A DNA stretch of 64,000 nt from Thermovirgaceae bacterium (GCA_040767805.1 JAXGNU010000003.1:1-64000), one strand, 5' to 3'. Counted from the first letter of the stretch, positions 13,061-23,669 are shown. Made by a program: numbers and translations. The notes: generated by a model from the sequence alone, not told the origin.

Positions 13061-14388
13061 CTCCGGAGGTCTACCTTTCGATCCGGTTCCGGTTCACCGG
13101 TCAGGTGCCAGTTCCCGGCACCGGTGATCTTCACCTTGGTGAAAAGACCCATCATGGCAGGGTCGCCGGGAAAGAGGACCACCTTGTCGGAAGGCGTCCT
13201 GCCCTGTAAGAGCCCTTCCCCTTTAGGCGCCGGGCCATCGACTAGGACGGTGAAGGTCTTCCCGACCTGGCCCTGGTTGATCTCACGGGCGATCACGGCC
13301 TGGGCGGTGTTGATCTCCTTCAGCCTTCGCCGTTTCTCCGACGCTTCCACCTGGGCACCCATACGGGCCGCCGGCGTCCCCTCACGGGGTGAGAAGGCCG
13401 CGGTATGGATCAGGTCGAACCGGAATCGTTCTACAGCCTTTACCGACCCATGAAAGTCCGAGAGGGTCTCCCCCGGGAAACCCACAATGAGATCACTGGT
13501 AACGGCCGCGTCGGGGAGGCCTGACCTTATCATGTTGATTATCGCGGCGTACCCTTCGACGGTGTAGCCCCTGTTCATGACCTGCAGGACCCGGTCGCTC
13601 CCTGACTGTATAGGGAGGTTGATGGAGGGACAGATGTTTTCATGCCCCGCCATGACCTCCACTACATCCCGGGTCAGGTCCCTCGGGTGGGACGTGGCAT
13701 ACCTCAACCTTTCCACTCCCTTGATCAGGGCCACATCCCTGAGAAGGCTCGAGAAAACATAACCGTTGTGGAAATCCCTGCCGTAGGTATTGACGTTCTG
13801 GCCGACAAGGGTTATTTCCCTGACGCCGTCTGATACGAGGCGTTCCACCTCACCGAAGATATCGTTGGGATTTCTTGAGACGAATCGCCCCCTCACGTGG
13901 GGCACAATACAATAGGTGCAGAAGTTATCGCACCCATGGGCGATCGTGATGAAGGCTTTCCACGGGTTGGAACGGGCCAGGGGCGCCTCGGGCAGGTCAT
14001 CGAGGAGGGTCGGGTTCTCGTCGAGGAGCACTGCGGCCTTGCCGGTAGCCATGACCTCCCCCAGCGCGGCCGGGAGCCTCCCCAAGCTCCGGGGCCCGCA
14101 TACGAGCCTCACCGAAGGGAAGCGTTTGAGCAAAAGGGGACCCACCCTCTGGGCCATGCATCCCACCACGGCGATGACGGGGCCACCCCGGGGGGAGGCC
14201 AGCCTTCCAATATCGCTCCAGACCTTCTGCTCGGCCTTTTCGCGGATGCTGCAGGTGACGAAGAGGACCACCTCGGCATCGTCCTCGGGCGCCTCCACCC
14301 AGCCCCGTGACGTCAGGGCCGTTCTGATCCTGTCCGCATCGTAGACATTCATCTGGCACCCGAAAACGTTGATGCAGAAACGATACAA
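13057..14388 (-). CDS. miaB: tRNA-2-methylthio-N6-dimethylallyladenosine synthase
   Basis: FGCQMNVYD, TCSIREKAE, CDNFCTYC radical SAM motif, C-terminal TRAM; TTG start after GGAGG. Confidence 0.93.
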   Translation of the reverse strand: MYRFCINVFGCQMNVYDADRIRTALTSRGWVEAPEDDAEVVLFVTCSIREKAEQKVWSDIGRLASPRGGPVIAVVGCMAQRVGPLLLKRFPSVRLVCGPRSLGRLPAALGEVMATGKAAVLLDENPTLLDDLPEAPLARSNPWKAFITIAHGCDNFCTYCIVPHVRGRFVSRNPNDIFGEVERLVSDGVREITLVGQNVNTYGRDFHNGYVFSSLLRDVALIKGVERLRYATSHPRDLTRDVVEVMAGHENICPSINLPIQSGSDRVLQVMNRGYTVEGYAAIINMIRSGLPDAAVTSDLIVGFPGETLSDFHGSVKAVERFRFDLIHTAAFSPREGTPAARMGAQVEASEKRRRLKEINTAQAVIAREINQGQVGKTFTVLVDGPAPKGEGLLQGRTPSDKVVLFPGDPAMMGLFTKVKITGAGNWHLTGEPEPDRKVDLRR

Positions 14389-14484
14389 GTCATGGCCTCC
14401 ATGTACAATAGTATCTGTGAAGGGTGCTCTCCACCACGAAATGATACCACCTTGGCACCCGTGAACGGGAAAGGGGTCCGGATC

Positions 14485-14988
14485 ATGCACCGAGGAAAAG
14501 TGGTCGCGACGGTCCTGTTGATACTGCCTATCGCCTTCGTCCCGGCGGCCTCACCGGGGTGGGCCTCGAAAGACTCGGGTCCCCTCCCGGATATCCTGGG
14601 ATGGGACTCGGGCGACCTGGCAGCGGTGGAATACGAAACGCCCACGGAACAACTGGGCTGCAGGATGGAATGGCTTTACAAGAGACAGGCCGATAACCAC
14701 TCGATCCTCGTGGTCTGGGTGAGAGGGCCCGGCACCCTCTGGCAAGGCTTCCCCGAGGGGGAGATAAGCGCTGATGACGGACCCATCGGTTCAGGCGCCT
14801 CGTACAGTACCTTGGATATAGGCGGCCACAGGGCAGTCCTGGAGTGCCACCCCCTTACGGGGAGGGCGCTTTCGGTCGCTGTGGCCCCTGACTTCACCCT
14901 TACCTTCGAGACAACCTTCGAGGACGTCGAACTGGATGCCTTCGCCCAGGCGTTCCTGGAGCAGCTTGGTGACCGAGGGGAAAGGTGA
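14485..14988 (+). CDS. Hypothetical exported protein
   Basis: Signal-peptide-like N-terminus MHRGKVVATVLLILPIAFVPAA; SD AAGGGG; fills the intergenic gap. Confidence 0.6.
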   Translation: MHRGKVVATVLLILPIAFVPAASPGWASKDSGPLPDILGWDSGDLAAVEYETPTEQLGCRMEWLYKRQADNHSILVVWVRGPGTLWQGFPEGEISADDGPIGSGASYSTLDIGGHRAVLECHPLTGRALSVAVAPDFTLTFETTFEDVELDAFAQAFLEQLGDRGER

Positions 14989-15000
14989 GGGCGTGATACC

Positions 15001-15762
15001 CTAGGATCTCCTGAACCACTTCTTACCCAGGTCGTCCAGGTAGCCCTCGGCCGACAACGCCTCGAGGGCGGCGTTGACCTCCTCCAGGAGTACCCCGTCG
15101 ATCTTCCTGACGGCGAAGCCCATCGCTTCAGCGGTTATCCGCCCGGAGAAGGCCACCATGAGCCCCTCCCCAAGGACTGGATCATCGGCCAGGTACCTTT
15201 CGACGGAGACGCCGTCCATGAACGAGGCGTCGGCTCCCCCCTCCAGGACTCTCCTGAGGGCTTCCCCTGCACGCTGGAACCGGAGGATCTCCACCTCGCC
15301 CATGGATGTCAGGTACTCATCCTGTATCGTCCCCGCCTGCACGGTGACCCTCCTGCCTTTCAAGCGATCTGCATCCCCCGGCCAGGCTTCCCCCTTCCTG
15401 GTGACGATGGCATCGTGAGTAAAAAAGTACGGCCTGGAAAAATCGGCCCTTTTAGACCGCTCAGGCGTAACGCTGAGGCCGGCGGCGATCATGTCGATCT
15501 TCCCGGCGGAAAGGGCGGGAAGCAAGGCATCAAAGGCCATATCGACGAAGACGGCCTCCTTGTTCAACCTGGAAGCCACGGTCCTGGCGAGGTCCACGTC
15601 AAAACCAGCCAGGTTCCCGGTATCGTCTCGAAAAGCGAAGGGCGGGAATGAAGATTCGGTCCCAATTCGCAAAATGCCACCCTGGGTGTCCGAGGCCGAG
15701 GCGGTCCCGTAAAAGGACAGTGCCAAAACAAGGGCCAGCATCACCTTGGAAACTTTTCTCAT
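15001..15762 (-). CDS. Polar amino acid ABC transporter substrate-binding protein
   Basis: Signal peptide; FPPF, GFDVDLA, FDALLPAL, VTPERS..DFSRPY (SBP family 3). Confidence 0.9.
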   Translation of the reverse strand: MRKVSKVMLALVLALSFYGTASASDTQGGILRIGTESSFPPFAFRDDTGNLAGFDVDLARTVASRLNKEAVFVDMAFDALLPALSAGKIDMIAAGLSVTPERSKRADFSRPYFFTHDAIVTRKGEAWPGDADRLKGRRVTVQAGTIQDEYLTSMGEVEILRFQRAGEALRRVLEGGADASFMDGVSVERYLADDPVLGEGLMVAFSGRITAEAMGFAVRKIDGVLLEEVNAALEALSAEGYLDDLGKKWFRRS

Positions 15763-15957
15763 CTTATTACAAACCTCCTGTAAGGATCGTTCCCCACCTG
15801 AAGGGAAGGACCTAATAGGCCGCCGGGGGAAGGGGCCCCGGCCGGCGTGGCGGAATACTTCCAAACCTTCCACGAGGCGAAAGGCCCGCTTCTATCGGCA
15901 GGTTCCGAACCGGAAACCGCGACAGCGGTGTCCGTCGAAAAAGGGGGGGGTACTGTC

Positions 15958-15988
15958 AAAAGGCCGGGAGGCCCCAGGGGCCTCCCGG
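15958..15988 (-). terminator. Intrinsic terminator after rubredoxin
   Basis: CCGGGAGGCCCC/GGGGCCTCCCGG inverted repeat followed by TTTT on the minus strand. Confidence 0.7.
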
Positions 15989-16013
15989 GTGATCACTTCC
16001 GGTTAAGCCTCTT

Positions 16014-16178
16014 TTAGTCGATGGGTTCGAACATGTCCTTTGGGACACCACAGACCGGGCAGACCCAATCATCGGGAAGGTCTTCAAAGGCGACACCTGG
16101 CTCGATCCCTCCATCAGGGTCTCCGACTGCGGGGTCGTACACATAACCACAGACAGTACACAGGTATTTCTTCATCAT
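16014..16178 (-). CDS. Rubredoxin
   Basis: [10 protein letters not shown]...[14 protein letters not shown]; forms the last 54 aa of the 16014..17234 ORF. Confidence 0.95.
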   Translation of the reverse strand: MMKKYLCTVCGYVYDPAVGDPDGGIEPGVAFEDLPDDWVCPVCGVPKDMFEPID

Positions 16179-16277
16179 TCTTCCCCCTTTGACGGAATCT
16201 CTTTGACCGCGGTTCTTCCGATTATAAGAGGGCTTACGGTAAAATACAACGCAGACAGAGAATCGGGAGGTGTAATT

Positions 16278-17267
16278 TTGCTTCTGATCACCGGCGGTGC
16301 CGGCTACATTGGAAGCCACGTCGTCCACGGACTCCTTGACCGGGGTCGGGAGGTACTGGTCCTGGACAATCTCAGCCGGGGGCATGAAGAACTGATCGGC
16401 AAGGCCCTCTTCGAAGAGTGCGACCTGAGGGACCTGGCCCAGGTCAGAAAGGTACTGGGCAAGTATCCCATTGACGGGGTGCTTCATTTCGCTTCCCTCA
16501 GCCTGGTGGGTGATTCCATGTCGGACCCTCACCCTTATTATCGTAACAACATAGGGGGGACCATGAACATGATCACCGCCATGCTCGAGGCCCGCGTCGA
16601 AAGGATCGTTTTCTCCTCCAGCGCCGCCGTTTACGGGGAACCGAGGGTCATGCCGATAAGGGAAGAAGCACCTAAAGCTCCCACCAACCCCTATGGTGAG
16701 ACGAAACTGTTCATCGAATCCATGCTCCGGAGATCCTTCGAGGCCTATGGGATCAAAAGCGTCTCCCTGAGGTACTTCAACGCAGCGGGTGCTGACCCCA
16801 AGGGGAGGACCGGGGAAGACCACGACCCCGAGACCCACGTGGTGCCCCTGGTCCTGGACGCCGTTCTTGGGAAGATCGAGGCATTCACCGTTTACGGCAA
16901 CGACTACCCCACCCACGACGGGACCTGCGTAAGGGATTACGTCCACGTGAGCGACCTTGCCGACGCTCATATAGAGGCGCTGGAGGGCCTGGAAAAGGGG
17001 AACTTCGGGTGCGAGGCTTTCAACCTGGGGAACGGCAAGGGCTTTTCGGTGCTCGAGATCGTATCGGCGGTACGCTCCGTCACGGGCAGGGGATTCCCCC
17101 TTAAGTTCGCCTCGAGGAGACCCGGCGATCCGGCCGTCCTCGTGGCTTCCCCCGCCAAGGCGGAAAGAGAGCTGGGGTGGAAGCGCCGCTTCACCGATAT
17201 CGACGAGATCATAGAGACGGCCTGGAGATGGCACCAGAAGAGGTTCAGGGGCGGGCGCCGGCCTTGA
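16278..17267 (+). CDS. galE: UDP-glucose 4-epimerase
   Basis: [47 protein letters not shown] after GGGAGG. Confidence 0.93.
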   Translation: MLLITGGAGYIGSHVVHGLLDRGREVLVLDNLSRGHEELIGKALFEECDLRDLAQVRKVLGKYPIDGVLHFASLSLVGDSMSDPHPYYRNNIGGTMNMITAMLEARVERIVFSSSAAVYGEPRVMPIREEAPKAPTNPYGETKLFIESMLRRSFEAYGIKSVSLRYFNAAGADPKGRTGEDHDPETHVVPLVLDAVLGKIEAFTVYGNDYPTHDGTCVRDYVHVSDLADAHIEALEGLEKGNFGCEAFNLGNGKGFSVLEIVSAVRSVTGRGFPLKFASRRPGDPAVLVASPAKAERELGWKRRFTDIDEIIETAWRWHQKRFRGGRRP

Positions 17268-18371
17268 AGACCTTTCTCTCCAGGGAGGAAGTCAGGCACA
17301 CGGTCCTTTCCGCGGAGACGTAGAAATCGTCCTCCAGTCTCACGCCGCCCTTGCCTGGGAAATAAATCCCAGGTTCAACGGTAACCACATCCCCCGCGGA
17401 GATCACATCGCCCGAGCGGGGCGACAGCGTCGGCGGTTCGTGAAGTTCGAGGCCCAAGCCGTGCCCGAGCCCATGGATAAAGAGGCCGCCGAAACCAGCC
17501 CTTTCGATGACTTTCCTGGCGGCCGCATCGATCTCCGAGGCCGGCCTCCCCGGTTCAAGGAGTGCGATGGCTTCGGACTGCGCCTCGGAGAGCAGTTCGT
17601 GGGCATCCCGCACCCATTGCGGCGGCTCTCCGGGGGAGAAGGTCCTGGTAATATCGCTTAGGTAACTCCTGTGCCTTGCGCCGAAGTCGACGAGCACGTT
17701 CTCGCCAACCTCGATAACCTTCTCTCCAGGTCTCCCGTGGGGCAAGGCGCTCCTCGCCCCCGAAGCGACGATAAAATCCTGCCCGCCCCACCCCCCTTCG
17801 GCCCCTTTCAAGCGCATCTCGTACTCCAGCCTGGCCGCGATCATGCTCTCGGTCATGCCGGAAAGGAAGAATGAAAGGGTTTCGTGGAAGGCGTCGGCGG
17901 CGATCCGGGCCGCTTCCTCCAAGATCTTCGCCTCTTGGGGGTCCTTCTTCCTCCTGATGGCTGAAAACTCGGCCGTGAGGTCGAGCAGTTCCTTTCCGCA
18001 AGGCCTTTAAGCCCATCGTGAAGATCACAGGTGACCCGCCGCGCCTGGAAGCCCACGCTCCTTACGCCGGGCCTGGACGACAATTCTCTCTCCACGGCTT
18101 CCAGGATGGAGCCGGGTCCCTGGTCCACGACGGTGAGGTCCGTCTGCTCCGAGGCCTGGTCCAGGTACCTCCCGTCGGTGACCAGGAGGGCCTCTCCGCC
18201 CAATATGAGCAACGCGGAGCTCGAACCCCGGAAACCGGAGAGGTGGAAGCAGGTTTCCCAGTTGTACCCCTCCCGGACCAGGACCAGGGCGGCATCGACG
18301 CCCTTTGGCTTCATGAGCCGCCTCAGGGATGCCAACCTCTCCTCAAAGTGTTCACGGACGGGCTCTTTCAT
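17245..18371 (-). CDS. Xaa-Pro aminopeptidase (M24B), one frameshift near 17995
   Basis: Creatinase-N domain (LSGFRGS, TDGRY) in ORF 17853..18371; catalytic domain ([26 protein letters not shown]) in ORF 17245..17922; one added base joins them. Confidence 0.85.
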
Positions 18372-19357
18372 TGTGGGGACCTCCCTTCGGCCAGTAGACC
18401 CCAGAGCTCCTCCTTCGTCTCGACGGGGACGTCTCCCTCGCCCCGGACCATCTCCCCTATCACTGAGCAGGCTATCCCTGAACCTTCCAGGGCTTCCAGG
18501 GCTTCATCGAGGTGCTTTCGGGGTATAACCGCCACGAGGACGCCCGAGGAGATGAGCCTCAAGGGGTCAAAACCGAGGCACTCCGAGCAGGACAGGGTAA
18601 GCCGGTCAACGGGGACCGCCTCCCTGTCCAGGGAGACTCCCAGGCCGCTCAGTCGAGTGATCTCTCCCAGGCCGCCGAGGAATCCCCCCTCGGTGGGATC
18701 ATGCATGAAGACGGCCCATTCCCTCAAGATCCTCGATTCAGGGAGCACGTCCATCGAGGCCGACCATTGGAGGATCCCGTCGATCTCCTGCTCCGAGAGG
18801 CATCGGCGGAGGAGTTCCCTTCGATCATTGGCAAGGATGCACATCCCCTCTATGCCTACATGCTTTGTCATGACCACGGCATCGCCGGGCGCGATGTCCC
18901 GCGCGGAAAGGACCCTCTCGGCCATCCCCATCATGGTCGCGCAGAGCACTGGGTGATCGTACCGGTCGTTTATTTCCGTGTGCCCCCCTACCACGGCGAT
19001 CCCGGCTTCCTGGCACGCTTCATGGATCTCTTCAACGAGGGAAGTGATCTCTTTCGGCGTTGACCCCTTGGGGAAGATCAGGGTGGAGATCAAAAAGGCC
19101 GGGTCGCCGCCCTTGGAGGCGATATCGTTTGAATTGACGACCACCAGGAGCCTTCCGGCCCCCCGGTCGGCCCCGACGATGGGGTCAGAAGCGACCACCA
19201 GGTACTTCCCCGCGGGCCATCGGATTACGGCCGCGTCCTCTCCAACGGCGGGTCCGACTAGGACCTCGTCCCTTTTGGCGCCGCCATAGGCCAGGACGGC
19301 CTTTTCCAGGATCTCCGGCGCCAACTTTCCCGAAGGTGGCTCCCTGTTCGCCATCAC
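18368..19357 (-). CDS. AIR synthase (PurM/HypE-like) family protein
   Basis: GEDAAV, SDPI, NDIA, VVGGHTE, MHDPTEGG. Confidence 0.85.
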   Translation of the reverse strand: MMANREPPSGKLAPEILEKAVLAYGGAKRDEVLVGPAVGEDAAVIRWPAGKYLVVASDPIVGADRGAGRLLVVVNSNDIASKGGDPAFLISTLIFPKGSTPKEITSLVEEIHEACQEAGIAVVGGHTEINDRYDHPVLCATMMGMAERVLSARDIAPGDAVVMTKHVGIEGMCILANDRRELLRRCLSEQEIDGILQWSASMDVLPESRILREWAVFMHDPTEGGFLGGLGEITRLSGLGVSLDREAVPVDRLTLSCSECLGFDPLRLISSGVLVAVIPRKHLDEALEALEGSGIACSVIGEMVRGEGDVPVETKEELWGLLAEGRSPQ

Positions 19358-19367
19358 CTTATCACTC

Positions 19368-19913
19368 CTATCCTTCGTCCCTGATGCTCAGGACGCAACC
19401 GCAGTAACGCTGCCTGTAAAGCCCCAAACGGCGGCTTCTCTCAACGGAGAGCTTGAACCCGCCTTTTTTCCTCCAAACCCTGAATACCCAATCAAGGCAG
19501 TGCTCTCGGCAGACCTCGGCGCCGATCCTTTCGATGAGGGCTACATCCTTGTGAGGGCTTATCGTAAGGGTCGTCGACAAGGAACCGATGCCCAGGGTAA
19601 GGGCCTGACCCGCGGCGGCGGTCAGCTGGGCCCGGAAACAGAGCGGGCACCTTTCGCCGCCCTCTGGGGCCAAGAGGTGCCCCCTTACCGCCTCCAGCCA
19701 CCGGAGCGGTTCGTAGGACCCTATTACGCGATCGCTCCCCAGGGCCCGGGAAAGGGTTTCCACGTCACGCGCCCTTCTTTTGAACTCGGAGTAGGGGTGA
19801 ATATTGGAGCCATAAAAGAAACCCGTCACCCTGTGCCCCTCTTCGATCAGGCTTTGCCAGGGGACCGTGGCGTCAGGGGCGCAGCAGACGTGCAGCAGGA
19901 TATCGCGGCTCAA
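19368..19913 (-). CDS. queH: Epoxyqueuosine reductase (cobalamin-independent)
   Basis: LLHVCCAPD, NIHP, RCPLC, ISPHK, YRQRYCGC. Confidence 0.92.
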   Translation of the reverse strand: MSRDILLHVCCAPDATVPWQSLIEEGHRVTGFFYGSNIHPYSEFKRRARDVETLSRALGSDRVIGSYEPLRWLEAVRGHLLAPEGGERCPLCFRAQLTAAAGQALTLGIGSLSTTLTISPHKDVALIERIGAEVCREHCLDWVFRVWRKKGGFKLSVERSRRLGLYRQRYCGCVLSIRDEG

Positions 19914-20725
19914 TCGGGGTCGTCGCCTCCATCGGGATCGAGGTCAGGGGGACCCAGGACATTCGAGGCGAAAACCAGGTACCCCGTATGGCCGATCATG
20001 GTGTCCTCGGGGCGGATCCTCCTGCTGTTGGTCTTGTAATACCGGAGGAGTATCTCCGAAACCTGGACGTCGAAGAAAAAGTGATCCTTGAGCCCGTCCA
20101 GGGTTTTTTCCACCTGGTTCACCGTGGGGACCAGGACGCCCAGCCTGTTTCCCGGCGCAAGGGCTTCCTTCACCCTGCCGAGGTAATCCCAGGGGTTGGG
20201 GACGTCGAGGAAAAGAGCGTCAGCGCCGCGCTCATCGAAGCCTTCGGCGATATCCCTGATCTTGAAATCCACCCGGTGGGCGACGCCCCATTTTTCGCAG
20301 TTGCGCCGAGCCAGCAGCGAGTACTCCTCTTTTTTCTCATAGGAGACGACCCTTCCAGCGTCGCCGACGAAGTGGGCCAACACCGAAGTGAAGCCCCCCG
20401 AACCGGTGCCGCATTCCACGACCAGCGCCCCCGGGCCGATGTTCAGGGAAACAAGAATGAAACCCGTATCCTTGGGGTAAAGGATCTGGGTCATTCTCCT
20501 GACCCTTCGGCTGTACTCCTGGATATTCGGGCGCAAAAGGCAGAAGGGCTTGCCCATGTTGGTATAGGCCCAACTTCCGAAGGGCTTCCCTATGATATCG
20601 TCGTGGAGGAGCTGGCCCAGGCGCGAATCCTGCCTGCCGCCGGGCGTCGCCTTGATGATGAAGCTGTCGCCCTTGGGCGGCGCCCACAGGAAGACCAAGT
20701 CCGCCGTTCGTATCAACTCTCCCAT
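19910..20725 (-). CDS. trmI: tRNA (adenine-N1)-methyltransferase, TrmI/Gcd14 family
   Basis: TQILYPKD, ECGTGSG, FLDVPNPW, GHTGYL. Confidence 0.88.
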   Translation of the reverse strand: MGELIRTADLVFLWAPPKGDSFIIKATPGGRQDSRLGQLLHDDIIGKPFGSWAYTNMGKPFCLLRPNIQEYSRRVRRMTQILYPKDTGFILVSLNIGPGALVVECGTGSGGFTSVLAHFVGDAGRVVSYEKKEEYSLLARRNCEKWGVAHRVDFKIRDIAEGFDERGADALFLDVPNPWDYLGRVKEALAPGNRLGVLVPTVNQVEKTLDGLKDHFFFDVQVSEILLRYYKTNSRRIRPEDTMIGHTGYLVFASNVLGPPDLDPDGGDDPD

Positions 20726-20778
20726 GACCTCTCCCCCGGGCTCTTCGAAGCCCTCAGTATTGTACATCAGCGCGGGGG

Positions 20779-20813
20779 ACAAAAAGGGACGGTGTCGACT
20801 CCCCCCGTTCCCT
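20779..20813 (-). terminator. Probable terminator after the TonB-dependent receptor
   Basis: GGGAACGG...CCGTCCC stem followed by a T-run on the minus strand. Confidence 0.5.
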
Positions 20814-20841
20814 CGATCCCACTGCTCCCGTTTTGGGCGCT

Positions 20842-22695
20842 CTAGAAACGCCTCTCCCAGGACAGTCGGAATCCTCGCTCCGGCCCGTAGAAAAACCATC
20901 CATTAGAGTTGAACGTATAGGACTCGTCGAAAAGGTTCGAGAGGGAGAGGGTGATACTGTCTTCGCCGGACCGCCAGGAAACACCGAGATCGACTATAAA
21001 ATAGTCCTCCTGGTCACCCCCCTGGTCACCGGCCCAGTTAAGGGAGAGCTCGGCAGTCCACGGCCCATCCCGGTATTCAAGGGAACCGCCGACCTCCCAT
21101 CCGGGTATACCGTCGCTCCTGGCCCACCCCGACAGGATGTCCACCCTTTCCTCCGGGACCTGCCACGTTCCGCTGAGGCCCAGGACCCACCTCGGCCCCA
21201 ACCTCCACTTTTTTGACGCCTCTATTCCGTAGGATCTGAACTCGGCCAAGTTAATGTAGGTGCTCGGGGACCCAAATTTATCTTTTATCTTGTCATCGAG
21301 GACCGTGTAGAAAACGCCGATATGCCAGGAGTTGACGCCGGGGATCTTCAAACCTGCTTCGTAACTCCAGCCCTTTTCCGGCTTTAAGTCGGGATTCCCT
21401 TTTACCTTATAAGAAAATTTCGGAAAATATGAGTCGGCGTAAAGTTCGTAGAAGGTCGGCATCGCGAAAACCCTCGAAGCGGAAATATAGAACATGTTCC
21501 CCTCCGCGCCCTGCCTCAGGAGGCTGACCTTGGGGATCAGTTCTTCGTGATCGTTGTTTTCCTGCCTCCAGACCTCGTACCTGAGCCCGAGGTCGACCAG
21601 CCAGTCACCGACGGGGTATGACACCTCCACGAAGGGCGCCACGTTGTACCGGCTCCTCGATACCACGGCGCTATCGCCGCCGTCAAAAAACTCCGTCTTT
21701 TCAGATCGGTAGAATAGGCCCCAGGCGGCCAGGGCGTCGCCCAGGATTGTCCGGCCTCCGAACTCTGTCGTGAAAGCGCTGTCTTTGTAATAATTCCCTT
21801 CACCCGTTAGAATGTCATACTTCTGGGTATCGTAGCCGGTCAAAAGGTACAAGGATTCTGCGTCATAGCGGAATGAATATCGACCATACTCTTTTTTCTC
21901 GTCATTCAGGTCCGCTCCGGATGGAAAACCGGGGGTCAAGTATTTGTAGCGGTTTTCTCCGGTAGTGGCTCTGAACACCCACCTGTTTCCCCTCAAAACC
22001 AGGCCATAGCCATCTCCTTTGTATCCCAGTGAATCGAACCGATTTTCTGGCACGGTATCATATAAAAGCCTTCTCCGGCCCTCCTCGATCCGTTCGTACC
22101 AGATCCCGGCACTAAGATCGTCCCCAACCGCATTGCCTGAAACATAGTACCTCCGCCAGTCATTGGAACCAGCTTCCGCCAGAATCATTCCGTCTGATTT
22201 TTCAGGCTTTTTCGTGATGATATTGAGGACACCGCCGGCGGCCATGGAACCGTAAAGGGCCGAGCCTCCGCCCTTGACTACCTCGACCCTCTCGATATTC
22301 TCCAACGGAAAGGTTCTGAAATCGACGGTCCCGAAATCCGCCCCTATCGAAGAACGGTAAAGGGGGATCCCGTCGTTCAGCACCAGGACCTGGTTCGTGA
22401 AACCCCTGAGCCATAACTGGGATTCCTGGGCCACGCCGCTTTTCTTTTTCAGGGTAATACCGGGGACTTTCTGTTCCAGGAGCGCCCCCAGGTCGGTGGC
22501 GCCGCTTTGGTCGATCTCCTCGGCCGTGATAACGTAGGTAGGCGCCGGTATATCGAAAAGATCTGTGTATACCCTGCTTCCCGTGACGATCTCCGGTTCG
22601 ACCAGGGCAATATCCGCCCGGGCGCTGCTGTGTCCTATGAACACCCCTGATACGACCGCGATACAAACCACTGCTGTTGCCAGTACTTTTCTCAT
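20842..22695 (-). CDS. TonB-dependent receptor, probably cobalamin transporter (BtuB-like)
   Basis: Signal peptide, EIVVT-like TonB box, plug motif NIERVEVVKGGGSALYG, GNPDLKPEK, C-terminal Phe; directly downstream of a cobalamin riboswitch. Confidence 0.9.
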   Translation of the reverse strand: MRKVLATAVVCIAVVSGVFIGHSSARADIALVEPEIVTGSRVYTDLFDIPAPTYVITAEEIDQSGATDLGALLEQKVPGITLKKKSGVAQESQLWLRGFTNQVLVLNDGIPLYRSSIGADFGTVDFRTFPLENIERVEVVKGGGSALYGSMAAGGVLNIITKKPEKSDGMILAEAGSNDWRRYYVSGNAVGDDLSAGIWYERIEEGRRRLLYDTVPENRFDSLGYKGDGYGLVLRGNRWVFRATTGENRYKYLTPGFPSGADLNDEKKEYGRYSFRYDAESLYLLTGYDTQKYDILTGEGNYYKDSAFTTEFGGRTILGDALAAWGLFYRSEKTEFFDGGDSAVVSRSRYNVAPFVEVSYPVGDWLVDLGLRYEVWRQENNDHEELIPKVSLLRQGAEGNMFYISASRVFAMPTFYELYADSYFPKFSYKVKGNPDLKPEKGWSYEAGLKIPGVNSWHIGVFYTVLDDKIKDKFGSPSTYINLAEFRSYGIEASKKWRLGPRWVLGLSGTWQVPEERVDILSGWARSDGIPGWEVGGSLEYRDGPWTAELSLNWAGDQGGDQEDYFIVDLGVSWRSGEDSITLSLSNLFDESYTFNSNGWFFYGPERGFRLSWERRF

Positions 22696-22800
22696 CAAGC
22701 CGTCCCTCCCGAATAAATTTGGGCGGCCCGACACGCCAGGCCGCCCCCGAGGGACGATCCACTGTCGTGCCACGCCCGCGCATGACACCTGGTCCTTCTC

Positions 22801-22940
22801 CCTTCGGCTGGTCTCCTGGCTCCCGTTCATCCTACTCCCGCGCCTTCCCGGCAAAAGCCAGTGGCAGAACGTGCGGTTTCGTCCCGGTCACAGTGGCGGG
22901 GCCGCTCCGGCGTCTCACCGGATTCCCGTCACCAAAGGGA
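22801..22940 (-). promoter_or_regulatory. Cobalamin riboswitch
   Basis: Minus strand GGGAATCCGGTGAGACGCCGGAGCGGCCCCGCCACTGTGA...GCCACTGG...GGGAAGG...GAGCCAGGAGACCAGCC (B12 box). Confidence 0.93.
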
Positions 22941-23024
22941 ATTACCCTAGGTCCCAACAAGGGTAAGAATACAATAGCCCGGGGGACAAGTCAAAGTATC
23001 ACCTTCCTGGGGCGCTGGCGCCGG

Positions 23025-23669
23025 TCACTCCAGGCGGAATATCACCGGCACGATCAATTCCTTGGGGGTATGGGGTGAAAAACCCCACTTTTTCACCGCC
23101 GCCAGGGCGGAAGCGTCCAATAAGGGATAACCGCTGGAGGCCGTCACTTCCACCGAAAGGATGACCCCACCGGGCCCAAGCCTCACCAACAGGCGCGTCT
23201 CGCCCTGCTCCCCTCTCCTCCTGCTGGCCAAGGGGTAAACCGGCTGGAACCTGGTTATGACATCGGCCGTGGTCGCCATTCGGGGCCGGAGATCTCCCGG
23301 CTCCACTCCTCGCGGTGACGGCAGCGGACCCTTAGGGGCATCCCCGGCGTTATTCAATACGGCTCTCCCCGGCGGGGTCGGCGGGCTCACCTCACCGGGG
23401 GAAAGGGCGGGGGATTTTGAGGGACTGTCCTGCCTCGGCTTCCTTACGGCCTGGGATTCCTTTGAATGAGAAGGCGCGGCTGCCGCCGGGGCGGCGTTTT
23501 TTTCAGGGGCTTCGGGCCGCGACATCCTTTTGGGAGGACTCCCGGCTTCAAGGTCGAGGACGATCAGGGCGGGCCCCGGTGTCACCGCTTCGGGGAAGGT
23601 CAGCGGCAAGCCCAACAGGAGGGCGTGGAAGCAAAGGCTGAGGATGAAAAAGGGGATCCACCTTTTCAT
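23025..23669 (-). CDS. tonB: Energy transducer TonB
   Basis: TM with SxxxH, Pro-rich linker, YPLASRRRGEQG..SSGYPLLD. Confidence 0.88.
   Translation of the reverse strand: MKRWIPFFILSLCFHALLLGLPLTFPEAVTPGPALIVLDLEAGSPPKRMSRPEAPEKNAAPAAAAPSHSKESQAVRKPRQDSPSKSPALSPGEVSPPTPPGRAVLNNAGDAPKGPLPSPRGVEPGDLRPRMATTADVITRFQPVYPLASRRRGEQGETRLLVRLGPGGVILSVEVTASSGYPLLDASALAAVKKWGFSPHTPKELIVPVIFRLE

Noticed and set aside
15763..15960. T-box or lysine riboswitch before the amino acid binding protein
   Set aside because: No GGTGGNACC T-box or lysine aptamer consensus; AGGTGGGGAACG is only a superficial match.
16179..17234. 406-aa ORF ending in rubredoxin, suggesting a fusion
   Set aside because: The upstream part is antisense to galE; rubredoxin has its own SD and ATG at 16178/16175.
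19368..22940. B12-independent queH under the cobalamin riboswitch
   Set aside because: A terminator-like hairpin (about 20779-20813) and trmI separate queH from the receptor; no direct support.
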